A program made the translations under genes and the position numbers. A stretch of 64,000 nt of DNA from Arcobacteraceae bacterium. GTDB taxonomy: Bacteria; Campylobacterota; Campylobacteria; Campylobacterales; Arcobacteraceae. The notes under the pieces were generated by a model, which was given only the letters and a program-made list of their open reading frames with translations, made no database searches and was not told the origin of the DNA. Below, piece by piece: positions 10,226 to 20,501 of this stretch (the stretch's first letter is position 1; the number at the start of each line of letters is the position of its first letter). The stretch spans positions 111,683 through 175,682 of the forward strand of contig JBLWVX010000002.1 in the NCBI GenBank assembly GCA_048268245.1. The letters are read 5' to 3'.

Positions 10226-11073
10226 TACAATACAACCTTATTTAAAAGATATTTAACTTTAGCTTTTTCAATTTGAATTATACTAAAAAATGTATCAAAC
10301 ACAAGTAGATATTTTCCATCATTTTTATTTTCTAAATAATCAATTGAGATTTTTTTTCCAGTATCAAGCCATTCTTTTGTGCCAAAATATTTATTTTGAG
10401 GTAAATCTATATAATCAAGTGGATTTAAATCTTTTTCATTTTCATAGAAAAATTTACCCTCATTAAGTCTTTCTAGGTATGACAATGTCCCTTTTCTGTT
10501 AACTCTTTTAAGTAATATCTGAGCTAAACTTCTAATATATGAGCCTTCACTAACTGTAGCTTCAAAAGTAATAAAAGGATGATTATAAGAAATAAATTTT
10601 GTATCACTTATAGTCATAGATGATTTTTTCATCTCGACTTCTTTGCCTTCTCTTGCCAAGTCATAAGCTCTTTTTCCATTAATCTTCTTAGCTGAAAATT
10701 TTGGAGGATAATATTCGTGTGTTCCTTGAAGTTTTACCACTTCTTCCTTGATAAGTTCAAGTTCAAGTCTTTGTTCATTTTCAATACTTATCATATTTTC
10801 AATATCCAAAGATTCAGATTGTGCACCAAGCCATACTACAGCCCTGTATGTTTTAGGTGTTTTACTCATATAATTAAAAAGTTTTGAGTATTGTCCAAAA
10901 GCAACTATAAGACATCCACAAGCAAATGGGTCTAGTGTTCCACTAAAACCTGCCTTTTTATTTTTGTATTTTCTTTTTATTTGATTTAAATAGGAGTTAG
11001 AACTTCTAAAAATCGGTTTTTTTACAACAATTAATTTATTTAATGGTTCTTTATTATATAACTTTTTTTGCAA
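10225..11073 (-). CDS. truB: tRNA pseudouridine(55) synthase
   Basis: GFSGTLDPFACG, PPKFSAKKINGKRAY, GSYIRSL; exact start uncertain (TTG). Confidence 0.93.
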   Translation of the reverse strand: MQKKLYNKEPLNKLIVVKKPIFRSSNSYLNQIKRKYKNKKAGFSGTLDPFACGCLIVAFGQYSKLFNYMSKTPKTYRAVVWLGAQSESLDIENMISIENEQRLELELIKEEVVKLQGTHEYYPPKFSAKKINGKRAYDLAREGKEVEMKKSSMTISDTKFISYNHPFITFEATVSEGSYIRSLAQILLKRVNRKGTLSYLERLNEGKFFYENEKDLNPLDYIDLPQNKYFGTKEWLDTGKKISIDYLENKNDGKYLLVFDTFFSIIQIEKAKVKYLLNKVVL

Positions 11074-11085
11074 TTAAAAACTCTT

Positions 11086-13140
11086 TTATATTTTTTCTAC
11101 AAATGAAGATAAGATATCTCTTCTTTGTCCACCAAAATTAATAGTTAGTTTATAGTCTTTACCTGCTTTATTTGCTTTTTGAATTCTTCCCATACCAAAT
11201 ATTTTATGTTGAACTAAATCACCTTTTTTAAATGATGAGTGCTTTTCAATAGTTAGACACCCTTTAATAAGTCCTGATTCACTTAAAAATCTAGATTTTG
11301 TTAAAGAAGTTCTTTTCCCTTTATAAAATCTCGAATGAGCAAAAGATAAAGTCAAATTATCCATAGCTCTAGTAATCGCAACATAACCTAATCTTCTTTC
11401 TTCTTCAATATCACTACCATCACCTGTGATTGGAAAGAATCCTTCTTCAAAACCAATAATAAACAAGTGTTTAAATTCTAAACCTTTTGAAGCATGTATA
11501 CTCATCATCGAAACTGCTTCATTATAAAGTCCATCATTTTCACTCTCTAATGCTATTTCATTTAAAAAGTCTTTTAAATCTAAGTGTGGATTTTGAATAA
11601 AGAAATCTCTGATATATCCATAGAACTCATCAATATTTCCTTGTCTATCAAAACCATCTGGAACAGTATCGTATGATGCTCTATAATCAAAAGCTTCTTC
11701 AAAAGAGTCTAAGAATTTCATTTTAGACTCTTTTAATTGTTCTTTTAAATCCATTATAGAAGCTTCAAACACTTTAAGTGTTCTTGAATTTTTCTTTCCT
11801 ACAACTGCTGATAACTCTTCTGCATCAAAATTTTGAATTATTTCAAAAATAGGTTTTTTAAGTTCTGCTGATTTTGCATCAAGCTTTTCAATAGTAGTTT
11901 TTCCAATACCTCTTTTAGGTTTATTTACAATTCTTTTTAAAGAGAAGTTATCATGTGAGTTTGTAAGTACTCTAAAATATGCAATTAAATCTTTAATTTC
12001 TGCTCTTTCATAGAACTTCATTCCACCAACTAGTTTATAGTTAAGCCCTGCTCTATTAAATCCTTCTTCTAAAGATCTTGATAAAGCATTTACTCTAAAA
12101 AGTATTGCAACGTCTTTTGCACTAATACCACTATCTAAAAGTTTTTTAATATCGTCAATTATTTTTCTTGTTTCTTCATTTTCATCATGTGACTCATAAA
12201 TTCTAATAGAATCACCTTTTTGTCTAGTTCCAACAAGCTTTTTGCCAAGTCTATCTCTATTATGCTCAATTAGCTGATTTGCATGATCTAAGATTGTATC
12301 AGTTGACCTATAGTTTTCTTCTAATTTTACAACTTTTGTATCTTCAAAATGCTCACTAAAATTAAGAATATTTTTAATTGTAGCACCTCTCCAACCATAA
12401 ATAGATTGGTCATCATCACCAACTACACAAAGATTGTTATGTGATGAACAAAGTTTTTTAAGTAATTTATATTGAAGCTCATTTGTATCTTGATACTCAT
12501 CAACCATAATGTATTGGTATTTTTGGCTAATTTCTTGAGCTAATTTGTCATTGTTTTTTAATATCAAATATGGAAGTAAAATCAAATCATCAAAATCAAC
12601 AAGATTATTTTTCTCTAGATAAGATTCATATTTCTCATAAACATCTGCTATTTGTTGATAAAGCTTTAATTCAGCACCAGCTTTTGCTTCACTTGGAGTG
12701 ATTAAAGTATTTTTGTATTTTGATATTTCACTAACTAAAAGTGATGTTGTTATATCTTTATCTATTGATTTTAATATTCTTTTTTTATCATCAGTATCAA
12801 TAATAATGAAATTATTCTTTCTATCAAGTTCGCTCATGTGAAACTTTAGGAAAAGCAATCCAAATTTGTGGAATGTACATAATAATGGTGGAGTATTTAT
12901 CATTGCTGGATCAATCAAAGAGAATGCTCTTTCTCTCATCTCTGCTGCTGCTTTATTTGTAAAAGTAAGAGTTAGAATAGAACTTGGATCTATTCCTATT
13001 GAAATCAAATATGCAAGCCTTGTTGTGATTGTTTTTGTTTTTCCAGATCCCGCACCCGCTAAAATTAACAGTGAACCATCGATATGTTGTGCTGCATCTT
13101 TTTGTGAATCGTTTAGTAATGATAATAGATTTTCTGACAT
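11086..13140 (-). CDS. uvrD: UvrD/PcrA family SF1 DNA helicase
   Basis: AGAGSGKT, VDEYQD, GDDDQSIY, HASKGLEF; ATG 13140 with GGAG RBS. Confidence 0.93.
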   Translation of the reverse strand: MSENLLSLLNDSQKDAAQHIDGSLLILAGAGSGKTKTITTRLAYLISIGIDPSSILTLTFTNKAAAEMRERAFSLIDPAMINTPPLLCTFHKFGLLFLKFHMSELDRKNNFIIIDTDDKKRILKSIDKDITTSLLVSEISKYKNTLITPSEAKAGAELKLYQQIADVYEKYESYLEKNNLVDFDDLILLPYLILKNNDKLAQEISQKYQYIMVDEYQDTNELQYKLLKKLCSSHNNLCVVGDDDQSIYGWRGATIKNILNFSEHFEDTKVVKLEENYRSTDTILDHANQLIEHNRDRLGKKLVGTRQKGDSIRIYESHDENEETRKIIDDIKKLLDSGISAKDVAILFRVNALSRSLEEGFNRAGLNYKLVGGMKFYERAEIKDLIAYFRVLTNSHDNFSLKRIVNKPKRGIGKTTIEKLDAKSAELKKPIFEIIQNFDAEELSAVVGKKNSRTLKVFEASIMDLKEQLKESKMKFLDSFEEAFDYRASYDTVPDGFDRQGNIDEFYGYIRDFFIQNPHLDLKDFLNEIALESENDGLYNEAVSMMSIHASKGLEFKHLFIIGFEEGFFPITGDGSDIEEERRLGYVAITRAMDNLTLSFAHSRFYKGKRTSLTKSRFLSESGLIKGCLTIEKHSSFKKGDLVQHKIFGMGRIQKANKAGKDYKLTINFGGQRRDILSSFVEKI

Positions 13141-13257
13141 TTCTTCTCCCAATAATATATAATTATACCACATATAAATTAAATTCACTATTTCTCTTAA
13201 TTATTCTATATATAAATAAATGTTATTATAATCATAATTTATTTTACGGAGGTTATA

Positions 13258-14154
13258 ATGCTAACAGATTTTGCTAAACTAGAGACATTTCTAACAGTTG
13301 TTAGAGAAAAGTCCTTCTCAAAAGCTTCAGCAAAACTTGGTATTTCTCAACCTGCTGTAACACAACAAATGAGATATATTGAAGACTACTTAGATGTTCA
13401 AGTTGTTGATAGAAAGAAAAATGGAATTAGACTTACAAAAGAAGGTCAAATGCTATATTCTATTGCACTTAAAATTGAAAAATGTGTTGCAAATGGCGAA
13501 AAAGAACTACTAAAAATTATGAACAAAGATGTTACTTTTGTTTTCGGAGCATCTTTTATTATTGGAAACTATATTTTACCTAGATTTTTAAACAATCTTA
13601 AAGAGAATATTAATAATGAAGTATCAATAAATGTTTCAGTTTCTCATGAAGCAATTGAAGATTTACTTGATAAAAAAATTGATATGGCATTAGTTGAAAA
13701 CTATGTTCCAAATGAAGATATTATTTACAGAGAATGGATGGAAGATGAAATAGTAATTTTCTCAAACCAAAAACTTCCTTCAAGAGCAAAAGCTGAAGAT
13801 TTATTATCATACAAATGGGTATGTAGAAATCCGGACTCTCATACAAGAGCAATCTTTAAAGAGAATCTTGATAAAGCAAACTTCCCTGATTGTGATACTT
13901 TTGATGTTACAAGTGAAGTTACAAGTGCTACAACTATTGTACAAACAGTTTTACACTCAGATAAAAATGCAACACCTACAGTATCAATTGTTTCAAGAAA
14001 TGCAATTGAATCACTTTTAAAATCTGGTGCTTTATATGAATCAAGAATTAATAATCAAAAAATGGTTAGAAAATTATATATTGCGTACAGAAAAGATAGA
14101 AAACATGATGCGTTTATAGACAATGTTGTTGACTATCTTCTAAAAATGAAATAA
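13258..14154 (+). CDS. LysR family transcriptional regulator
   Basis: SFSKASAKLGISQPAVTQQ HTH; 298 aa. Confidence 0.93.
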   Translation: MLTDFAKLETFLTVVREKSFSKASAKLGISQPAVTQQMRYIEDYLDVQVVDRKKNGIRLTKEGQMLYSIALKIEKCVANGEKELLKIMNKDVTFVFGASFIIGNYILPRFLNNLKENINNEVSINVSVSHEAIEDLLDKKIDMALVENYVPNEDIIYREWMEDEIVIFSNQKLPSRAKAEDLLSYKWVCRNPDSHTRAIFKENLDKANFPDCDTFDVTSEVTSATTIVQTVLHSDKNATPTVSIVSRNAIESLLKSGALYESRINNQKMVRKLYIAYRKDRKHDAFIDNVVDYLLKMK

Positions 14155-14178
14155 GTATTAGAATTCTAATACTTATTT
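14149..14178. terminator. Bidirectional terminator (30-bp perfect palindrome)
   Basis: AAATAAGTATTAGAA/TTCTAATACTTATTT between convergent stops. Confidence 0.65.
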
Positions 14179-15140
14179 TAATAGTTAAGACCCTCTTTTT
14201 CTAAAGCTAATCTTATTTTTTTCATTTGAGTATGTTTATCTCTACACCAATCAGGTGATAAAAGTGTATCATCATCAATTCCAGCTGTAATTCTTTGAAT
14301 TGAAATATTTTTTGGTAAATCAACTATTGATTTTACTACTGTATCTATATATAAATCCTCAGTAATAGGAGTAAATCTTCCTTTTCTAAACTCATTAGTT
14401 AATAAAGTGTTTTTTACTACATATAAAGGATGGAATTTGATTGAATCAACATCAAGTTCAATAGTCTGCTTAAATGACTCAAGCATCATCTCTTGATCTT
14501 CACCGGGAAGTCCATAAATTAAATGTCCACAAACATTTAATCCTTTTTCCTTACTTCTTTTTATCCAGTATTTCATATTTTCAACACTATCACCTCTATT
14601 GATTACATCAAGTGTTTCATCATAGAATGACTGAATTCCATACTCAACCCAAATTTCTTTATCTTTAGAAAGATCCACTAGATAGTCTAATATTTCATCT
14701 GTTACACAATCTGTTCTTGTACCAATACTAAGACCTATCACATTGTCAAAAGATAAGGCTTTTTCATATAAAGCTTTTAGTGTTGAAAAAGGAGCATATG
14801 TGTTTGTGAAAGATTGAAAATACACAATAAACTTTCCAACACCAAACTTATTTTGTAACCTATCTCTTGTTGCAGCAAATTGCATTTCAAGTTGTTTTAG
14901 TTGATTATCTAAGTATGGATTTTCTTCAATTTTTGGATTTAGTTTAAATTTAGTTTTTTTCTCTTTTAGATTAGGAGAGAAAGAGTCATTCTCGCAAAAA
15001 GAACAACCCCCTTTAGCTTTTGTTCCATCAATATTAGGACATGTAAATCCCGATATTGAGATTGGAACTTTATATACTTTTTCTCCAAACTTGTTTTTAA
15101 AATATCTACCTATTGTTAAAACGTCTTTTAAATTACTCAT
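14178..15140 (-). CDS. Radical SAM protein, YhcC/TIGR01212 type
   Basis: GFTCPNIDG....GGCSFC, YFQSFTNTY. Confidence 0.88.
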   Translation of the reverse strand: MSNLKDVLTIGRYFKNKFGEKVYKVPISISGFTCPNIDGTKAKGGCSFCENDSFSPNLKEKKTKFKLNPKIEENPYLDNQLKQLEMQFAATRDRLQNKFGVGKFIVYFQSFTNTYAPFSTLKALYEKALSFDNVIGLSIGTRTDCVTDEILDYLVDLSKDKEIWVEYGIQSFYDETLDVINRGDSVENMKYWIKRSKEKGLNVCGHLIYGLPGEDQEMMLESFKQTIELDVDSIKFHPLYVVKNTLLTNEFRKGRFTPITEDLYIDTVVKSIVDLPKNISIQRITAGIDDDTLLSPDWCRDKHTQMKKIRLALEKEGLNY

Positions 15141-15141
15141 C

Positions 15142-16491
15142 TTACTCTTTTACGAAGTAGTCCCCGTTGAAACTCTCTAAAGCATAATTTCTATCATTTC
15201 CAATTGCATTCGTTAAATCATCAACAGAAAGGTATTTTAATGAATCAGCTTGAATATATTCACATACTTCATCAACTGACATATTATTTGAAATTAACTC
15301 TTCTTTATTTGGTGTATCAATACCATAGTAACAAGGGAATTTAATTTCAGGAGAAGCAACTCTAAAGTGAACTTCTTTTGCACCAGCATCTTTTAGCATT
15401 TTTACAATTCTTTTAGATGTAGTTCCTCTTACAACCGAATCATCAATAACAAGTAATGATTTACCTGCAATAAGAGATTTCATTGGGCTTAATTTCATTC
15501 TAACTTTTAAGTTTCTCATCTCTTGAGTTGGTTCAATAAATGTTCTTCCAACATAGTGATTTCTAATAATTCCATACTCAAAAGGAATACCACTTTGTGC
15601 TGCATATCCAAGTGCTGCTGGAACCCCTGAATCTGGAACAGGAACAACCATATCTACATTTATTTCTGACTTCTCATCATTTCTAGCAAGTGCTCTTCCC
15701 ATGTTTTCTCTTGTTCTATATACATTTTTACCATCAATAACTGAATCTGGTCTTGCAAAGTATACAAATTCAAAAGCACAAGGTCTATATTGACTTTCAA
15801 ATAATTGAATTGATTCTGGTTCTTCTTTATCTTCACTAAAGATTAACATTTCTCCTGGGTTAACATCTCTTACAAACTGGGCATCTACTAAATCAAATGC
15901 ACAAGTTTCAGATGCAACAATATAACCACCTGATTTTAATTTTCCTAGAGATAATGGTCTTATACCATATCTATCTCTAATTACAAACTGTTTTGATCTT
16001 GATTGAACAATAAAACAATAAGCTCCAATAGTTCTTGTTAAGGCTTCTTTAATTCTATCTCTTAGTCTATCTTTTGTATTTTTAGCGATTAAATGAATAA
16101 GGTTTTCTGTGTCCATTCCAGTTTGGAAAATAGCACCTTTGTCAATTAAGTCTTGTCTTACTTCTTGCTTGTTAATTAAATTACCATTATGAACAATTGA
16201 TATTTCACCTAATTTATACTTTGCAAATACTGGTTGTGCATCTAAAATAGAATCTCCACCTGCTGTAGAGTATCTATTATGACCAATTGCCATATTACCT
16301 TTTAGATATTGTAAAGCCTCATCAGTAAAAACTTCAGATACTAAACCTCTATCTTTTTTCGTATAAATCTTTCCATTACATGAAGAAGAAATACCTGTTG
16401 CTTCTTGACCTCTATGCTGCATTGAGAATAAAGCTAGTGAAGCTAATCTTGCTGCATTATCATTTCCGTAAATTCCAACTATTGCACACAT
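15142..16491 (-). CDS. purF: Amidophosphoribosyltransferase
   Basis: N-terminal Cys, QHRGQE, GHNRYST, IDDSVVRGTT. Confidence 0.97.
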   Translation of the reverse strand: MCAIVGIYGNDNAARLASLALFSMQHRGQEATGISSSCNGKIYTKKDRGLVSEVFTDEALQYLKGNMAIGHNRYSTAGGDSILDAQPVFAKYKLGEISIVHNGNLINKQEVRQDLIDKGAIFQTGMDTENLIHLIAKNTKDRLRDRIKEALTRTIGAYCFIVQSRSKQFVIRDRYGIRPLSLGKLKSGGYIVASETCAFDLVDAQFVRDVNPGEMLIFSEDKEEPESIQLFESQYRPCAFEFVYFARPDSVIDGKNVYRTRENMGRALARNDEKSEINVDMVVPVPDSGVPAALGYAAQSGIPFEYGIIRNHYVGRTFIEPTQEMRNLKVRMKLSPMKSLIAGKSLLVIDDSVVRGTTSKRIVKMLKDAGAKEVHFRVASPEIKFPCYYGIDTPNKEELISNNMSVDEVCEYIQADSLKYLSVDDLTNAIGNDRNYALESFNGDYFVKE

Positions 16492-16572
16492 TTATTTAAC
16501 CTTTGGAAAGAGGAAGAAGTGAAAGTGTAAATGTCTTTTCCTCTTAGTTTTGAATTTTGTTTTTGTTTTATT

Positions 16573-17346
16573 TTATAGACCTAAAGCGTCATTAATTGAG
16601 TAAAGTTTTGGATCTTTTCCAATAATCCATTTTGCTACTTTAATTGCACCTTGCGAGAAAGTATTTCTTGCAGTTGCAGTATGATTTAATTCCAAGAATT
16701 CACCATCATTGTATAATCCAACAGTATGTCTCCCTACAATATCTCCACCTCTTAATGCCATCACAGCGATTTCATCTTTTGTTCTAGCACCAATATTACC
16801 ATCTCTACCAGAAACTCTTACATCATCTAAATCTAAACCTCTAGCATCTGCTGCGTGCTCTGCTAAAGTAAGTGCTGTCCCTGATGGTGAATCAACTTTA
16901 TGTCTATGGTGTTGTTCAACAATCTCAATATCAAAATCGGCAAGTGTTTTTGAAGCTAAGTGTACAAGTTTATTTAAAACTGCAACACCTAAACTCATAT
17001 TAGTAGCATATAATACTGGTACTAATTTACTAGCTTCTAACAATAAATTTTGTTGATGCTTGTTAAATCCAGTTGTAGCAATAACTAATGGCTTTCTAGC
17101 ACCATTTTCTACTACCTCTGTAAGTAAAGCTTCTGTTGCGCTTGGAGCAGAGAAATCAATAATAACATCTGAACTTTCAAATAAAACTGCAAAGTCATTT
17201 GTAACTACTGTATCTTCAGGTACTGGCTTTTTTAATTTATCAAAAACATGTACTGCACCTACTCTTGCTTGCTCATCATTAGCTAAATCATCAATTAGCA
17301 ATGAACCAACTCTACCTGTACTTCCTAAAATACCTACTTTAATCAT
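16573..17346 (-). CDS. dapB: 4-hydroxy-tetrahydrodipicolinate reductase
   Basis: [19 protein letters not shown]. Confidence 0.96.
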   Translation of the reverse strand: MIKVGILGSTGRVGSLLIDDLANDEQARVGAVHVFDKLKKPVPEDTVVTNDFAVLFESSDVIIDFSAPSATEALLTEVVENGARKPLVIATTGFNKHQQNLLLEASKLVPVLYATNMSLGVAVLNKLVHLASKTLADFDIEIVEQHHRHKVDSPSGTALTLAEHAADARGLDLDDVRVSGRDGNIGARTKDEIAVMALRGGDIVGRHTVGLYNDGEFLELNHTATARNTFSQGAIKVAKWIIGKDPKLYSINDALGL

Positions 17347-17358
17347 TTTTTAGCTTCC

Positions 17359-18288
17359 TTATCCTATATATTCAATAATATTTACTGCTGCTGTTGCCCC
17401 ATCACCTGAAGCACAAACAACTTGTTTTGCTGCATCAATTCTGATGTCTCCTGCTGCATATAAACCAGGTGTTGATGTTTCCATTTTTAGGTTTACGATA
17501 ACCTCACCTTGCTCATTTACATCACAAAGGAATGATCCATCTTCTTGTTTAATAGGGTCATTTAATACATCTCTACCAACAAATACAAATACACCTGGTG
17601 TTGGTAAGTCTCTAATTTCACCTGTTTCTTTAGATTTAACTTTTAATCCAAGAACACCTGTATTATCACCAAATACTTCTTCAACAGTTACATTAGTAAC
17701 TTCTTCAATATTTTCAGTGTTTTTCATATGCTCAATTGTAGAAGGAGCTGCTCTATATGTATCTCTTCTATGAACTAAATAAACTTTTGAACAAAGTTTT
17801 GCTAAATATACTGCTTCTTCTAAAGCTGTATCTCCACCACCAACTACTGCAACTTCTTTACCTTTATAGAAGAATCCATCACAAGTAGCACAAGTTGAAA
17901 TACCTTGACCGAAGAATTTATCTTCACCTTCAAAACCAGCTCTTCTTGGAACAGAACCTGTAGCCATTAATACAGTCTTAGCTTCATACTCTTTACCATC
18001 AACAGCTGTTAGTTTGAAAATATCATTCTCTTTAACAACACTTGTAATTTGGTTCATTTCATGCTTTAAACCAAATTTTTGACACTGCTCTGGCCAGTTT
18101 TGCATTAACTCCATACCAGTCATTACTTCACCTTGACCTGGATAGTTCTCAATTTCTGATGAACCAGTAATTTGTCCACCTGGCATTCCCATCTCGAACA
18201 TAACAACATTATTTAAACCGCCTCTAGTAGCATAAAGCCCAGCAGTTAAACCAGCAGGTCCTCCACCAATGATTGCTAAATCTAACAT
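17359..18288 (-). CDS. trxB: Thioredoxin reductase
   Basis: GGGPAG, CATCDG, GGGDTA. Confidence 0.97.
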   Translation of the reverse strand: MLDLAIIGGGPAGLTAGLYATRGGLNNVVMFEMGMPGGQITGSSEIENYPGQGEVMTGMELMQNWPEQCQKFGLKHEMNQITSVVKENDIFKLTAVDGKEYEAKTVLMATGSVPRRAGFEGEDKFFGQGISTCATCDGFFYKGKEVAVVGGGDTALEEAVYLAKLCSKVYLVHRRDTYRAAPSTIEHMKNTENIEEVTNVTVEEVFGDNTGVLGLKVKSKETGEIRDLPTPGVFVFVGRDVLNDPIKQEDGSFLCDVNEQGEVIVNLKMETSTPGLYAAGDIRIDAAKQVVCASGDGATAAVNIIEYIG

Positions 18289-18499
18289 ATTAGTATCCTT
18301 TTATTTGTTTCATTTATATTTATTATAGTTTATAGTATTTATTAAAACAGTATAATACTAAAAACTATGTAAGTTATAGTTTAATCAAAAGAAAAAACTT
18401 AATGGATAAATTTTATCATTTAATAATAAATATTAACTTAAAGTACCAAATTTTTGCCTTATGACTTTTATGCTATTATTTCATGATTAAAGGAAATAT

Positions 18500-19840
18500 A
18501 TGGATAACTTAAATACTACAATTTCATCAATTGCATCTTTTATTTGGGGACCACCTATGTTAATCTTATTAGTAGGTACTGGTCTTTACTTAACAATAAA
18601 ATTAAAAGGTATGCAATTTTGGGCATTGGGACATGCTTTTAAGCTAATTTTTGAAAAAGAAGATTCAAATAAAGGTGACATAACTAACTTTGCTGCACTT
18701 ATGACTGCACTTGCAGCAACAGTTGGAATAGGAAATATAGTAGGTGTTGCTACTGCTATTACGATGGGAGGTCCAGGAGCTGTATTTTGGATGTGGGTTA
18801 CAGGATTAGTTGGTATGGCAACTAAATACTCAGAAGCAATTCTAGCAGTAAAATATAGAGAAAAAGGTATAAATGGTTACAAGGGTGGACCTATGTACTA
18901 TATCTTCAAAGGTGCAAATATGCCAAAACTTGCAATGGCCTTTGCATTTTTCACTGTGATTGCCTCTTTTGGTATAGGTAATATGGCCCAAGCAAATGCA
19001 GTTTCTACAGCCTTAAATTCACAATTTGGAATATCATTTGAAGTTACAGGAATATCATTACTATTAATTACTGGGATTGTTGTGCTTGGTGGAATAAAAA
19101 CAATTGGAAAAGTAACCACTTACTTAATACCATTTATGATTGCTATTTATTTAGTTACTGCACTAATAATCATAGTAACTAACATTGATAAAGTAAGTGA
19201 TGCTTTAGGGATGATTTTCTATTATGCCTTTAATCCAATTGCAGCAACAGGTGGATTTGCAGGTGCAGCTATTGCAGCAGCTATTAGATATGGTATTGCA
19301 AGAGGAGTTTTTTCAAATGAATCAGGACTAGGTTCTGCTCCAATAGCAGCTGCTGCTGCTAAAACAAACGATCCAGTTAAACAAGCTTTAATATCAATGA
19401 CTCAAACTTTCATTGATACATTAATTGTTTGTACGATGACAGCTTTAATCATTTTAATGGCACCTATTTGGACACAAGATGGAAGTGCTGGAGAGTTAAC
19501 TTTAAAGAGTTTTGAATACTTCCTTGGTGATTGGGGAGCTTTAGTTATTGTATTTGCAACAATACTTTTTGGATACTCTACTATACTTGGCTGGTCATAT
19601 TATGGAGAAAGAGCATTTGAGTACATTTTAGGTGATAAAAAAGTATTCTATTATAGAATTTTCTTTATTTCTATAATATATGTGGGATGTGTTTCACAAC
19701 TTAGACTTGTTTGGAACTTCTCAGACCTAGCAAATGGTCTTATGGCTATTCCTAACTTAATAGGTTTATTAATTCTCTCAAAAGTAGTAAGTGATGAAAC
19801 AAAAAGATATTTTGATAAGAAAAATGGTATAAAAGCTTAA
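18500..19840 (+). CDS. Sodium:alanine/glycine symporter (AGCS family)
   Basis: TVGIGNI.GVA, GGPGAVFWMW, RGVFSNESGLGS. Confidence 0.93.
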   Translation: MDNLNTTISSIASFIWGPPMLILLVGTGLYLTIKLKGMQFWALGHAFKLIFEKEDSNKGDITNFAALMTALAATVGIGNIVGVATAITMGGPGAVFWMWVTGLVGMATKYSEAILAVKYREKGINGYKGGPMYYIFKGANMPKLAMAFAFFTVIASFGIGNMAQANAVSTALNSQFGISFEVTGISLLLITGIVVLGGIKTIGKVTTYLIPFMIAIYLVTALIIIVTNIDKVSDALGMIFYYAFNPIAATGGFAGAAIAAAIRYGIARGVFSNESGLGSAPIAAAAAKTNDPVKQALISMTQTFIDTLIVCTMTALIILMAPIWTQDGSAGELTLKSFEYFLGDWGALVIVFATILFGYSTILGWSYYGERAFEYILGDKKVFYYRIFFISIIYVGCVSQLRLVWNFSDLANGLMAIPNLIGLLILSKVVSDETKRYFDKKNGIKA

Positions 19841-19844
19841 GCTT

Positions 19845-20501
19845 TTATACTAATTTCGTCTCTTTGTTTAAACTATAACCTAAACCTTTTACACTTAAAA
19901 TTGCCTCATTAAAAAGCTTTTTTCTCAGTCTTTTTATCATAGCTCTAATATTAGTTAGATTTGTATCTTCACCTTCCCATACATATTCATAAATTTCTTC
20001 ATAATTTGCTATGTGATGAAGATTTTTAGAAAACATTTCTAAAAACAAAATCTCTTTTTTTGTAAGTTCAATTTCTTCATTGTTTTTATACATAATTCTA
20101 TTTTTAAAATCATATTTTAAATTTTCATTAAATTGCAAAAACATTTTTTCAACTCTGCAAAGTTTCTTTACTTTTTGTACTAATTCAAAAATATAAAAAG
20201 GTTTTTTTATATAATCATCACATCCTAAATCATAAGATTTTTGAATCTTCTCAAAATCATGATTTGAACTAATTATAATTACAGGAATATCTTTATGATT
20301 AACTCTTAATAGTTCCAAAAGTGAAATACCATCAATATTTGGAACATTTATATCTAATATAAAACAAGAGTAACCATTTTCTAAACTTTCAAGTGCTTCT
20401 TGTCCATCTATAAAGGTATCCACATTATAAGACTCTTTTTCAAGAGAACTCTTTATTAAATTAAGTAATCTTTCATTATCTTCTAGTACTAAAATCTTCA
20501 A
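19845..20501 (-). CDS. OmpR-family response regulator
   Basis: Receiver (LEDN, LDINVP, KPF) plus winged-helix C-terminus. Confidence 0.92.
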   Translation of the reverse strand: MKILVLEDNERLLNLIKSSLEKESYNVDTFIDGQEALESLENGYSCFILDINVPNIDGISLLELLRVNHKDIPVIIISSNHDFEKIQKSYDLGCDDYIKKPFYIFELVQKVKKLCRVEKMFLQFNENLKYDFKNRIMYKNNEEIELTKKEILFLEMFSKNLHHIANYEEIYEYVWEGEDTNLTNIRAMIKRLRKKLFNEAILSVKGLGYSLNKETKLV

